DNA of 64,000 nucleotides. Source: an uncultured Anaerolineaceae bacterium (GTDB taxonomy: Bacteria; Chloroflexota; Limnocylindria; Limnocylindrales; CSP1-4). Positions 34,917-44,469 of this stretch are shown in pieces (within the stretch, counting starts at the first letter, position 1; every line of letters begins with the position of its first letter). A program made the translations under genes and the position numbers. The DNA is taken from contig CAYRTS010000001.1 of assembly GCA_964427285.1 (NCBI GenBank), forward strand, positions 31,471 to 95,470. The letters run 5' to 3'. The notes under the pieces are model-generated. The model saw only the letters and a list, made by a program, of their open reading frames with translations, ran no database searches and was not told the origin of the DNA.

Positions 34917-36113
34917 GTGAACGGCATGACGGCACAGCACAAGTCCGACATGACCCGGAAGCTCGACCGCAGCGCGCACAGAGCCGGACGCACGCCGTCG
35001 AATGCATTGGACTGGACGCCGCCGTCGACCCTCGTGGGCACCGTACTGCAGTTGCAGCGAACCGCAGGAAACCAGGCGGTTGCGAGCGCGATGGCGACGC
35101 CTCGATCCTCGACGGCGGACCCATCTCTATTCGAGCTGCAGCGTCAGCCCGGCGGGACCAACAGCAACAACTCGGCTGGCGCGCAGCTCGTGGCCGTCTG
35201 GGACGCCCAGGTGGTGATACCGCTGGCCCGCGCGGCGGATCGCCTCGGACGAGCCGAGGCCGACCCCACGGGCGCCCGAGCGGATATCGAAACAGCCCTG
35301 CGGACCATCTCGACAGTTCGGACGGCGACCCCTGGCGGTGACCCGAACCGGGGTCGACTGGAAGTCACGGAGCGGCGGACCCGCGGCGTCCTGGATCTCG
35401 TCGACCAGCGCCTCGGACGAGGCAAGAGCGGGAACCAGCTCAGCAATGACATGATCAACGTCCGGAGCGAAGCTGCGACCCTCGGGCCACTCCTGGAGCA
35501 CGTGCCAGAAGCCCCGGAGAGCGAGACGCAGATGTCGGAGCCCGGCCAGGAGTCCGCTCAGCCGCCCGCGCCGCCCTTGCCTGAGGCACCCGTGAAGACC
35601 GCCCCAGTGAAGGCTGCCTCGCCATCAAAGGCCGCTCCTGGTGGCGCTGCTCGCGAATCCATCGCCGATTTCTGGACGTCCATCGTCATCGGTCATCTCT
35701 GGACAGGCCAGCAATCGTTCGACCAAGGCGACACGGGGCCCGGAATATTCGGGTACACCCAGGCACTTGACTGGATCCTGCGCTTCAAGATCGCCACACC
35801 CAAAAGCCATCCGAACTTTCTCCGCCTCGTCAACTTGGCAGCCGCCGTCCAATCCATTCAGGACCTCATGACGGACCGCGACCGGGAGTTCGGCGGGGAT
35901 CCGCTCGTCGATCGTGCAATCTTGGCGTACGAGAGCGTCGTCGTGATGGCCGGAAAATTTGGCGGTCCGGAGTCGTCCTCGACCTCGGAGACGCCTGCTG
36001 GCGGGCAGCGTCCGGGATCGTTGTCGGAGGACTCCGGCACGACAGAGCCCGACTTCACTTGGGAGCGCGAACGGCCGCCGTTCAAGGACGACACTGCCCT
36101 CGAGCGACCGTGA
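34917..36113 (+). CDS. hypothetical protein with an N-terminal LQRxxGNxAV leader motif (DUF4157/eCIS-associated type); no enzymatic motif seen
   Basis: 398 aa (start GTG 34917 or ATG 34926/34950). VLQLQRTAGNQAVASAM, then a second ELQRQPGG. Two helical modules are joined by a Pro/Ala linker (PPAPPLPEAPVKTAPVKAASPSKAAP). It has visibly more A/T-ending codons than its neighbours. Confidence 0.6.
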   Translation: MNGMTAQHKSDMTRKLDRSAHRAGRTPSNALDWTPPSTLVGTVLQLQRTAGNQAVASAMATPRSSTADPSLFELQRQPGGTNSNNSAGAQLVAVWDAQVVIPLARAADRLGRAEADPTGARADIETALRTISTVRTATPGGDPNRGRLEVTERRTRGVLDLVDQRLGRGKSGNQLSNDMINVRSEAATLGPLLEHVPEAPESETQMSEPGQESAQPPAPPLPEAPVKTAPVKAASPSKAAPGGAARESIADFWTSIVIGHLWTGQQSFDQGDTGPGIFGYTQALDWILRFKIATPKSHPNFLRLVNLAAAVQSIQDLMTDRDREFGGDPLVDRAILAYESVVVMAGKFGGPESSSTSETPAGGQRPGSLSEDSGTTEPDFTWERERPPFKDDTALERP

Positions 36114-36243
36114 GCCGCCTGTTGCCCTGGTTCATGACACTCGGCAGGTAATCGCACTCCCCGTTCCAGCCGATCGAAGCGCAGGACGTGGCGGCAGTGG
36201 CTGTGTCGGCTGTCGGGGCGGTGCCGGGATATCCTCGCGGCAC

Positions 36244-37584
36244 GTGCGACATCCGTTGAGCTCACCACTCTGGCGCAACGCTGCGTTTGTGCGGCTGTGG
36301 GGCGCGGCGTCCATTTCCGTCTTCGGCTCGCTCATCACACGGATGGCGTTGCCGTTCGCGGCGATCCTGGTGCTTGGTTCCGGTGCCTTCGAAGTCGCGG
36401 TGCTCCGCAGTCTGGAGCTTGGTGCGACGCTGCTGGTTGGGCTCGTAGCCGGGGCGTGGGTCGATCGGCTGCGGCGGCGTCCGGTCCTGATCTGGGCAGA
36501 CCTCGGGCGCGCCGCACTACTCGTCTCGATCCCGATCGCCTTCGTCCTTGGCGTTCTGACCTACTGGCAGCTGCTTGCGGTGTCCGGGTTGGCGGCGATC
36601 CTGACCACCTTCTTCGATGCGGCCGACAACGCCTACCTGCCCACGATCGTGAAGCGCGAAGAGCTGGTCGACGCCAACGGTGCGCTGGCGGCCAGCGGAT
36701 CCACCGCCGAGTTCATGGCGTTCGGGATCAGCGGCTTCCTCGTCCAGCTGCTGACGGCACCGATCGCGATCGCCATCGACGCCCTGTCATTCCTCGGGTC
36801 CGCGCTGCTGCTCGGGTCCATCCGGCAGACGGAGGGGCCGCCACCGCCGAAGGCCGATCGCGCGCCCGTGCTAGACGAAATTCGCGCGGGGCTTCGGCTC
36901 GTGATCCACGACCCGGTCCTGCGCGCATTTGCGGGCGCCCAGACGGCACTCGCGGGCTTGTGGGGCGTCTTCGGAGCCACCTACTTCTTGTTCGTGCTCG
37001 AGGAGCTGCGCCTTGGCCCGGCCGTCCTCGGCCTCATCGCCGGCGTCGGCGGCGTCTCGTCATTCGTGGGCGCGATGGTGGCCGCGCGCGTAGTCCGAAG
37101 CTTCGGGATCGGTCCGGTCACCGTCGTGGGGATGCTCCTGGCCGCGCTCGGCAACGCGTTCATCCCGCTCGCGCCGGTCGGGCTGCCGATCGTCGCCATC
37201 GGTTGCCTCGTGATGCAGCAGCTCGTGGCCGACTCGGCGGCCACGGTTTACGAGATCACGGAGACGACGGTCCGGCAGACGGTGGTGGACGATCGGGCGA
37301 TTGGTCGGGTCACGTCCACCTTCAGCGTCATGGCCGGCCTGGCCCAGTTGACCGCGACCCTGGGCTCAGGTCTCCTCGCCGAGGTGATCGGCCTGCGTGC
37401 GACCATCTGGCTGGCTCCCCTTGGCGGGTTGATCGGTGCCTTTATCCTGTGGCGATCACCAGTGCGAACCTTGATCTCGTTGCCGGTGCGACCCGGTGCG
37501 GCCGATCGACCCGACGACCCGTCGCTGGCTGCAGCCGCCCCCGCTGCGGTCGATCCTGAACGCGAGCAACCCATCGGCGGCTGA
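36244..37584 (+). CDS. MFS transporter (MFS_3 / EntS-like efflux type)
   Basis: I start it at GTG 36244: (M)RHPLSSPLWRNAAFVRLWGAASISVFGSLITRMALPF. About 12 hydrophobic segments. The 541-aa track ORF overlaps the previous gene and is over-extended. Confidence 0.82.
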   Translation: MRHPLSSPLWRNAAFVRLWGAASISVFGSLITRMALPFAAILVLGSGAFEVAVLRSLELGATLLVGLVAGAWVDRLRRRPVLIWADLGRAALLVSIPIAFVLGVLTYWQLLAVSGLAAILTTFFDAADNAYLPTIVKREELVDANGALAASGSTAEFMAFGISGFLVQLLTAPIAIAIDALSFLGSALLLGSIRQTEGPPPPKADRAPVLDEIRAGLRLVIHDPVLRAFAGAQTALAGLWGVFGATYFLFVLEELRLGPAVLGLIAGVGGVSSFVGAMVAARVVRSFGIGPVTVVGMLLAALGNAFIPLAPVGLPIVAIGCLVMQQLVADSAATVYEITETTVRQTVVDDRAIGRVTSTFSVMAGLAQLTATLGSGLLAEVIGLRATIWLAPLGGLIGAFILWRSPVRTLISLPVRPGAADRPDDPSLAAAAPAAVDPEREQPIGG

Positions 37585-37608
37585 CAGCGGCTGATCGACG
37601 GCGACGCG

Positions 37609-38703
37609 TCAGGCGAACAGGGCAGCCACGAACGCGTTCGGGTCGAACGGGAGCAGATCGTCGACGCCCTCCCCGACCCCGACGAAGCGGACCGGGACCT
37701 TGAGTGCGTCTTCGATGGCGAAGACGATCCCACCCTTGGCGGTCGAGTCGAGCTTGGTCAGGACGATCCCCGTCAGCCCGACGGCCTCGTGGAACGCCTT
37801 CGCCTGGGCCAGACCGTTCTGACCGGTCGTGGCATCGAGCACGAACAGGATCTCCGGCCGGGCACCGGGCAGCCGCTTGTCGATGATCCGGCGGATCTTG
37901 GCCAGCTCGTCCATCAGGTTGGACCTGGTATGGAGTCGGCCAGCCGTGTCGGCGATGACGAGGTCGGCGCCCCGCGCGACGGCGGCATCCAGGGCGTCGT
38001 AGACCACCGCTCCTGGGTCCGCGCCGGGAGCATGGGCGACCACCGGGACGCCGGCACGATCCGCCCAGATGCGGAGCTGATCGATGGCCGCCGCGCGAAA
38101 CGTGTCAGCGGCGGCCAGGATCACGGAACGACCCTGCCCGGCATAGAGACCGGCCAGCTTGCCGGTGGTCGTGGTCTTGCCCGTGCCGTTGACGCCGACG
38201 ACCAGGATAACGGCGGGACCGTCGGCGGTGGCCCGCGCGGGAGCCCAGGTGCCCGCACGGGGAACCAGCAGGCCCGCCAGTTCGGCGCGAATGGCCGCGG
38301 CTGGCCCGTCGGGGTGTCGCCGGGTACGGGCGCGCTCCACGAGATCGATGGCCAGCGCCGCGCCGATGTCGCCGGTGATCAATGTCTCCTCGACCTCGTC
38401 CCACGAGGGGCCGTCTGCATCGGTCGAGCCCAGCAGGCCACGGAGTCGCGACATGAAGCCGGTCCGGGTCCGCTGCAGCCCAGTGTCCAAGGTTGATGCT
38501 GTGGGCGCGGGGGCCCCGGGCACACCTGGGTCGATGCGTTTGGGCTCGAGGTCAGCAACAGCCCGAGGCGGACCGGTGAACTCGAAGTCGGCCGGATGAG
38601 GCTCCCATCCGGGCTCGGCCGTCTCGGGATCGTTCGCGTCGGGCTGTTGCCCAGGTGGGTCGGGCTGCGCCTTCTCGCCGGAGCCTCGTCGCCAGAAGGG
38701 CAT
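37609..38703 (-). CDS. ftsY: signal recognition particle receptor FtsY
   Basis: Start ATG 38703 (or 38778). Motifs VGVNGTGKTTTTGKLA and DTAGRLH. Confidence 0.95.
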   Translation of the reverse strand: MPFWRRGSGEKAQPDPPGQQPDANDPETAEPGWEPHPADFEFTGPPRAVADLEPKRIDPGVPGAPAPTASTLDTGLQRTRTGFMSRLRGLLGSTDADGPSWDEVEETLITGDIGAALAIDLVERARTRRHPDGPAAAIRAELAGLLVPRAGTWAPARATADGPAVILVVGVNGTGKTTTTGKLAGLYAGQGRSVILAAADTFRAAAIDQLRIWADRAGVPVVAHAPGADPGAVVYDALDAAVARGADLVIADTAGRLHTRSNLMDELAKIRRIIDKRLPGARPEILFVLDATTGQNGLAQAKAFHEAVGLTGIVLTKLDSTAKGGIVFAIEDALKVPVRFVGVGEGVDDLLPFDPNAFVAALFA

Positions 38704-38997
38704 GATCAGGGCAGCCTGGCCGACAGGGCCCGACCCGGGGACAACGACTGCGAGCCACGCGTCGGCGCATCTCCGCATCCAGGGACTGGTACGGAGGTAG
38801 CCCAGCCCGCTGGTCGCGCCGGAGACGAGCCTTCAGGCTCGGCGCGAGCGTCATCACGCTTGGCGTGAGCCCGAACGCCATCGATTCGCAGCCCGAACCG
38901 TTCCCGCCGCCGCGATCCGCCGCCGATCGGAGGATCCGCTCGTCCGTAGTAGTCCGCTGGTGCGGTGATGCGCAGGTCGGCGCCCATCGGTACCCGA

Positions 38998-41900
38998 CTA
39001 GCCGGCCGGCGTGAGCTCGCGGCGATCGAGCGCGGCCAGCGCCTGCGCCTCATCCAGCCGCAGGCTGATCACGCGGCTGACCGAATCGTCGCCCGAAGTC
39101 ACGCCGTAGAGCGCATCGGCTGCCTCGATCGTGCCGCGATTGTGGGTGATCACGATGAACTGGGTCTGATCGGCCAGGCTTCGCAGGGCGTCGGCGAACC
39201 GGCCGATGTTGGCCTCATCCAGCGCGGCGTCCACTTCGTCCAGCACGCAGAACGGAACGGGTCGCACCTCCAGCATCGCAAAGAGCAGCGCCACAGCCGT
39301 CAGGGCTCGTTCGCCGCCCGACAACATGGCCAGGGCCTGGGCCTTCTTGCCCGGCGGGCGCGCAACGATCTCGATCCCGCTGGAGCCGATGTCGACCGGT
39401 TCAGTCATGGAGAGCCGGGCGAAGCCGCCGCCGAAGAGCTGTTCGAAACGCCTGGCAAAGGCAGTCTCAAGAGCCCGGAAGGTGGTCTGGAAGCGGTCGC
39501 CGATCATTGTGTCGAGCTCCGCGATCAGCGCCTGTGTCCGGTCAATCGCCGTGTGCAGATCGGACGCCTGCGCTTCGAGCGAATCCAGCCTGGCTTTGAG
39601 CGTCGCGTATTCGTCGACCGCGTACAGGTTGACCGCGCCAAGGTCGTGAAATCGACGGCGCAACTGACCGAGTCGGGCGGCTCCCGGTGCGGGTCCCGCG
39701 GGTGATTCGCTGGCCCACATCGCTGCGACCCGATCAAGTTCGGTCTCCAGGGCCGCCACGTCCTCCGATTCGCCGCTCGTCCCTGCCGCGGGCCTCCGCG
39801 ACTCTCCGTTCAACGCCCGTGTCCTGCCATCGCGGGGCGCCGACGCCTCGGCAACCGCGCCATCGTCACCGGTCAGCGCGGTTAGCTGTGCCAGCCCGAA
39901 GTCGCCCAGCCCTGCCAGCTCGACGAGGATGCCCTCGCGAACCACATCGAGTCCGAGGCGCGCTTCCACGTGAGCCAGGTCCGTCACGCGCAATCGCTGG
40001 TCGGCCGCTCGAAGGTGCTCGCGGGTGGTTGACAGGAGGCGCTGGGCTGCCTCATGACGATCCCGGTCGGCGGCCTCGGTCGCCCGGATCGTGACGATGG
40101 CCTCGCGTGCGGCCGCCTCCCTGGCCGCACCCTGGGCGATCTCGAGACCCACGACATCGCGCCGTTCGGTCAGGGCTCGCTCGGCCGCCACGAGCGCGGC
40201 AAGGTCTGCGTCGATCCGGGTCAGGCGTTCGACCGACAGCGTCAGCGTGGCTTCGGCGCGGGTGCGCCGGTGATCGACGTCCCGTCGGTTCGAGCTGCCC
40301 GCCGCAACCTCCTCGGCCAGGCGATCGCGGCGTCCCCGAAGCTCAGCCGTGCGCGCCTCCCACGCGGTGATGCCGGACCCGTCGGACGACTCGCCATTGA
40401 AGCTGCCCAGCGAACGATCCGTCGGGCCGGGCCCGGCTGATTCGAGCGGCAGCGACGCGACGATAGCCCCCGCGCGCGTCACGTCGGCGGTCAACCGCTG
40501 CGTCTGGGCCTCGTGCCAGGCCAGTTCCCGGATCACCGTCTCGAGCTCGCGGGCGGCGGTTCGCTCGACTTCCTCCGCTTCCCGCCGGAGGGCCGTGGCC
40601 CGCCGTTCGGCGGATTGCCCAGCCTCAACCTCGACCCTCGCGACGTCGCGTTCAGCCTCGGCTCGCGCCGCGGCGCCACGGCGTTCGGCAAGTTCCGCCT
40701 CCAGGGTCTCCAGAACCCTGGTCAGGCGAACGACCTCGGAGCGGCGCTCCAGGACAGACTCCGCAAGGCCAAACGTCATGGCGCGATCGGTGAGGACGGC
40801 GCTGCCATCGCGCGGCACCGCCACCCAACCGGGCGGCAGGTACGCCCGGACTTCCAGGCAGCCCGCCAGATCGGGAAGCCAGGCGGCACGGGCCAGCCAG
40901 CGACTTGCGGCGCCACTCGGGTCACGCCGGACGGCCGCGTCCAGGATGCCGCCCCCTCCGGCCACGACGGCCGCACGAAAGGCCCGTTCACGACTGTCGT
41001 CCGTTGCCGGCGCCCTGCCCGCCCACTCGGCCGTCACGAGTGAACCACGCTCATCGGCCAGGGCCGGCACGGCCGCCATGTTGACGACGTAGGCGCGGGT
41101 GATGTCGGCGAGCGCCGCCTCGACGGCCGGGCGAAAGGCCGGGTCGATCACGAGGTCCTCGTCCACCCGGCGACCACCGACCCTCCTGGCCGCTCGGGCG
41201 ATCCCCCGAGCCTCCTCCTCACGCAGCCTGGCTTCGAAAGCGTCCAGCTGGCCACGCTGCGCCGCGGCCACGGCGCCGCCGGCAACCACCTGTTCCTGCG
41301 CTGTCGCTAGCGTGGCTTCCGAGTGCGCCAGGCGCTCCTGCGCCGTCGCACGCCGCATTGCGGCCTGCCGTTCGGCCTCCCCGGCGGCGCGCCACTCGGT
41401 GCGGGCCGCCGTCAACCCCGCTTCCAGCTCGGAGCGGCGCGACGTGCCCGCGGCCAGCAGGGCGCCTTCCTGCGTGAGCTGGCGTTCGGCCTCCGCCAGG
41501 CGGCGGCGCGCGGTTTCACCTTCGGCTTCGCGGACCGCGGCGGCCCGGCGAACGGCCGCCTGTTCCTGGCCATGGGCCTGCTGGGCGCCCCGAAGCGCGG
41601 CCAGCTCCTCAAGCGCCCCCGCCAGGGCGCGTTCGGCTTCGGTGAGACCCGATTCGAGATCGATGTCGCGCGGTGGCACCGCCATCGCCAGCGTCCGCCG
41701 TGCCGCGGCCCCTTCGGCCTCCGCCGCCGCTCGCTCGCTGCGCAGGCGCGCGCGATCGCGGCCACGCGCCTCCAGGTCCGCCGCCAGGCGGGCATCGCGC
41801 AGGCTGGCGGCGTTCAGGGTGGCCAGTGCCGCCTCCAGCGCCGCGCCCCGATCGCGCTCGAGGGCCGCGCGACCCGCCAGCTCCCGCGCGAGGTCGGCTA

Positions 41901-42714
41901 CCTCCGACTCGGCAGCCGCGTGGGCCGCCGAGTGCCGATCCATTTCCGCTCGGCTCGCGGCGGTGTCGGCGTCCGTCTGCGCCACCCTGCCAGCACCGGC
42001 GAACCAGCGCGCGTGCATCGATTGCAGCAGGGCGGTCGCGAGGTCGTCCGCGACTGACTGGCGCGTAGCCTGCTGCTCGGCCTGGGCGGCCAGTCGGCGT
42101 GCCTGCGGGCGAAGCTCGCCCAGGATGTCCTCCACGCGCGCAAGGTTCGCCGCTGATTCGATCAGCTGCTCCTCGGCCCGCTTTCGCCGACGCTCGTGCC
42201 GGCGCACCCCGGCCACCTCATCGAAGAGCGGCCGCCGCTCCTCCGGGCGCAGGGCCAGCGCCTGGTCAACCATGCCTTGACCAATGAACAGGAAGGCGTT
42301 GTCGGCCAGGTGCGCCGCGTCGAGCAGGTCGACCAGGTCGCGAAGGCGGATCCGGGTCTTGTTGAGGAGGTAATCGTTCTCGCCCGATCGATAGAGACGG
42401 CGGCCCAGCTCCACGACCCCGTACTCGACCGGGAGCAGGCCGTCTGCGTTGTCGATCACGAGACTGACGTCGGCCATCCCCTGCGCCGGCCGCTTCTCGG
42501 AGCCCGCCCAGATCACATCCTCGGCCTTGCGCGAACGCAGCGCACGCCCCTGTTCACCAAGGGCCCAGCGCAGCGCATCGGCCAGATTGCTCTTGCCGGA
42601 GCCATTCGGACCCACGACGGCGCTGATCCCGGGGCCGAACGCCACCGTGGTCCGCTCCGCGAATGACTTGAAGCCCTGCAGGCGCAATGCAAGAAGACGG
42701 GGCCCGGACGTCAA
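38998..42714 (-). CDS. smc: chromosome segregation protein SMC
   Basis: 1238 aa. The TTG start overlaps the rnc stop (TTGA). Features: LQGFKSF, GPNGSGKSN, a long Ala/Glu/Arg coiled coil, LSGGERALTAVALLFA and LDEVDAALD. Confidence 0.96.
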   Translation of the reverse strand: MTSGPRLLALRLQGFKSFAERTTVAFGPGISAVVGPNGSGKSNLADALRWALGEQGRALRSRKAEDVIWAGSEKRPAQGMADVSLVIDNADGLLPVEYGVVELGRRLYRSGENDYLLNKTRIRLRDLVDLLDAAHLADNAFLFIGQGMVDQALALRPEERRPLFDEVAGVRRHERRRKRAEEQLIESAANLARVEDILGELRPQARRLAAQAEQQATRQSVADDLATALLQSMHARWFAGAGRVAQTDADTAASRAEMDRHSAAHAAAESEVADLARELAGRAALERDRGAALEAALATLNAASLRDARLAADLEARGRDRARLRSERAAAEAEGAAARRTLAMAVPPRDIDLESGLTEAERALAGALEELAALRGAQQAHGQEQAAVRRAAAVREAEGETARRRLAEAERQLTQEGALLAAGTSRRSELEAGLTAARTEWRAAGEAERQAAMRRATAQERLAHSEATLATAQEQVVAGGAVAAAQRGQLDAFEARLREEEARGIARAARRVGGRRVDEDLVIDPAFRPAVEAALADITRAYVVNMAAVPALADERGSLVTAEWAGRAPATDDSRERAFRAAVVAGGGGILDAAVRRDPSGAASRWLARAAWLPDLAGCLEVRAYLPPGWVAVPRDGSAVLTDRAMTFGLAESVLERRSEVVRLTRVLETLEAELAERRGAAARAEAERDVARVEVEAGQSAERRATALRREAEEVERTAARELETVIRELAWHEAQTQRLTADVTRAGAIVASLPLESAGPGPTDRSLGSFNGESSDGSGITAWEARTAELRGRRDRLAEEVAAGSSNRRDVDHRRTRAEATLTLSVERLTRIDADLAALVAAERALTERRDVVGLEIAQGAAREAAAREAIVTIRATEAADRDRHEAAQRLLSTTREHLRAADQRLRVTDLAHVEARLGLDVVREGILVELAGLGDFGLAQLTALTGDDGAVAEASAPRDGRTRALNGESRRPAAGTSGESEDVAALETELDRVAAMWASESPAGPAPGAARLGQLRRRFHDLGAVNLYAVDEYATLKARLDSLEAQASDLHTAIDRTQALIAELDTMIGDRFQTTFRALETAFARRFEQLFGGGFARLSMTEPVDIGSSGIEIVARPPGKKAQALAMLSGGERALTAVALLFAMLEVRPVPFCVLDEVDAALDEANIGRFADALRSLADQTQFIVITHNRGTIEAADALYGVTSGDDSVSRVISLRLDEAQALAALDRRELTPAG

Positions 42715-43436
42715 GCGATCGATCCCTCCGGCGTGGCTGACTCGGACATCACCCGCAGTCGATCCATCGCCTGGGCCGCGGCCGCCGTCTCGGCGGCCTG
42801 ACGCGATGGTCCCTCGCCGACACCGAGCATCGCGCCGGCCACCCAGACCTCAACCCTGAACGATTTCTCGTGGTCCGGCCCGGTCGCATCCAGGAGTCGA
42901 TACGACGGCCGCTCGCCGGAAGTCCGCTGGGTGTGCTCCTGCAGCCGGCTCTTGGGACTCTTGAGGGTCCCGATCGTTGCCTCCGCGGTGAGCTCTGGTT
43001 CGGCCAGCGCCACCAGCCAGTCGTCGAGCGCCGCCTGACCCAGGTCCAGATAGAGCGCCCCGGCGACGGCCTCGAACGCCGACGCCAGGAGCGATGGGCG
43101 ACGCCGCCCGCTACGCTGGGCTTCTCCTTCGCCGAGCTGGAGATACCGCCCGAGGTCGATCCGTCCAGCAAGCCTCGCAAGACCCACCGTCGACACGATG
43201 GCGGCGCGCCGGGCTGACAGGTACCCCTCGTCGTCGTCCGGGTGACGTCGGTAGAGCGCACCCGAGATCGCCAGGTTGACCGCGGCGTCCCCGAGGAATT
43301 CCAGGCGCTCGTTGTGTCCGGGAGCGCCGCCGCGATGCTCGTGATGCCAGCTCGAATGCACCAGTGCCTGGTCGAGCAGGTCCAGGTCCTGAACCGGAAG
43401 GCCGAGCCTGGCAGCCAGGGCCTCGGCTGGACGCAC
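42711..43436 (-). CDS. rnc: ribonuclease III
   Basis: 241 aa. Motif NERLEFLGDAAV and a C-terminal dsRBD. Confidence 0.95.
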   Translation of the reverse strand: MRPAEALAARLGLPVQDLDLLDQALVHSSWHHEHRGGAPGHNERLEFLGDAAVNLAISGALYRRHPDDDEGYLSARRAAIVSTVGLARLAGRIDLGRYLQLGEGEAQRSGRRRPSLLASAFEAVAGALYLDLGQAALDDWLVALAEPELTAEATIGTLKSPKSRLQEHTQRTSGERPSYRLLDATGPDHEKSFRVEVWVAGAMLGVGEGPSRQAAETAAAAQAMDRLRVMSESATPEGSIA

Positions 43437-43474
43437 GCTGCTGGTGGTCGGGCCGCGGCTGGACCGCGTTGCGG

Positions 43475-43711
43475 CTAGGACGATCGCTCGTCGATGTATT
43501 CGACGGCGTCCTGGACGGTCCGGATCTTCTCCGCGTCCTCGTCCGAAATCTCCGTCCCGAACTCCTCCTCCAGGCTCATGATGAGCTCCACGAGGTCCAG
43601 CGAGTCGGCGTTCAGATCGTCGACAAAAGACGCCTCAGGCTTGACTTCGTCCTCATCGGCGCCGAGTTGCTCGACGACGATCTTCTTGAGGCGCTCGTAC
43701 GTTGTTGCCAC
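43475..43711 (-). CDS. acpP: acyl carrier protein
   Basis: I start it at GTG 43711 (GAGGAGGGGG upstream), giving 78 aa. Sequence [21 protein letters not shown]. The track ORF (103 aa) is over-extended. Confidence 0.93.
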   Translation of the reverse strand: MATTYERLKKIVVEQLGADEDEVKPEASFVDDLNADSLDLVELIMSLEEEFGTEISDEDAEKIRTVQDAVEYIDERSS

Positions 43712-44168
43712 TGACCCCCTCCTCGGAGTTGGATGTTGACGCGGTGGGCGGGTCGCCGCTGGCTGCGATGCTTCCGAGGACGCCATTCATCAGGCGCCGC
43801 ATCGGCTCTCCACTGTAGGTCCGTGCCAACTCGACCCACTCGGCGATTGCGACCCGGGCCGGCGTCGCGGAGTGTAACACCTCGGAAATGGCCGTACGGA
43901 GCAAGGCCCGGTCCATCAGGGCCAGACCGGTCACCGGATATTGCGGCGCGCGACGGGTAATTTCGGCGTCGATCAGATCACGATGGCGCATCTCGGCCGA
44001 GACCAGCTCCCGTGCGAGTGCGGTCGCCGTGTCATCACGTTCCCCGTCGACGAGGTGGCGCTCGAGGACCGCATCTGCGGTTCGCAGGCCGAAATCCGCT
44101 TCAAAGACGGCGGCCAGGGCCAAGCGTCGACCCGTCCGCCGACCCCGGACGCGGTCAGCCCCCGACAC
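43653..44168 (-). CDS. nusB: transcription antitermination factor NusB (C-terminal tail overlaps the acpP start)
   Basis: 171 aa. Sequence [13 protein letters not shown]...[16 protein letters not shown]...[13 protein letters not shown]...[10 protein letters not shown]. There is no stop codon until 43653, 59 nt inside acpP. Confidence 0.88.
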   Translation of the reverse strand: MSGADRVRGRRTGRRLALAAVFEADFGLRTADAVLERHLVDGERDDTATALARELVSAEMRHRDLIDAEITRRAPQYPVTGLALMDRALLRTAISEVLHSATPARVAIAEWVELARTYSGEPMRRLMNGVLGSIAASGDPPTASTSNSEEGVSGNNVRAPQEDRRRATRRR

Positions 44169-44469
44169 CGTCGACCATGACGGTCACGGCTCCAAGGTCC
44201 AGGCCAAGCAGGCGCTCGACGGTGGCCGCCACTGCGCTGCGGACCTGTCCGGCGAGCGGCCCGAGGGGCTGCCTCGGACGGGCCACGATCCAGAGGCGGA
44301 CCAGCACCCGACCGTTGCGAACCTGCACGGAAACCGATGGTCCGCCCAGGTAGCGGCGGATCGCGCCGCCGCCGCGACCCACCCGGGCAACGCCTGGGAC
44401 CTCGAAGGCTGCGAGGCGAACGAGCTCGGCGATGACGCCCCGCCCAACCGTGAGCCGGTGGCTGCTCAC
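44155..44469 (-). CDS. Asp23/Gls24-family protein
   Basis: 104 aa. Sequence VIAELVRLAAFEVPGVARV...VRLWIVARPRQPLGPLAGQVRSAV. The asp23-nusB pairing is as in Firmicutes. Confidence 0.82.
   Translation of the reverse strand: MSSHRLTVGRGVIAELVRLAAFEVPGVARVGRGGGAIRRYLGGPSVSVQVRNGRVLVRLWIVARPRQPLGPLAGQVRSAVAATVERLLGLDLGAVTVMVDGVGG

Noticed and set aside
38704-38997. 294-nt smc-ftsY gap and the overlapping 109-aa ORF 38552..38881
   Set aside because: That ORF overlaps ftsY out of frame and is Arg-rich. Only weak hairpins are present (e.g. cgagcc-ttca-ggctcg). ftsY may simply start at 38778, or the gap is an untranslated spacer.
41099-42280. 393-aa + strand ORF (and several 130-250-aa ORFs) inside smc
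   Set aside because: It is antisense to the SMC coiled-coil region. The Ala/Arg/Ser-rich sequence is an artefact of GC richness and GCN/CGN codon periodicity.
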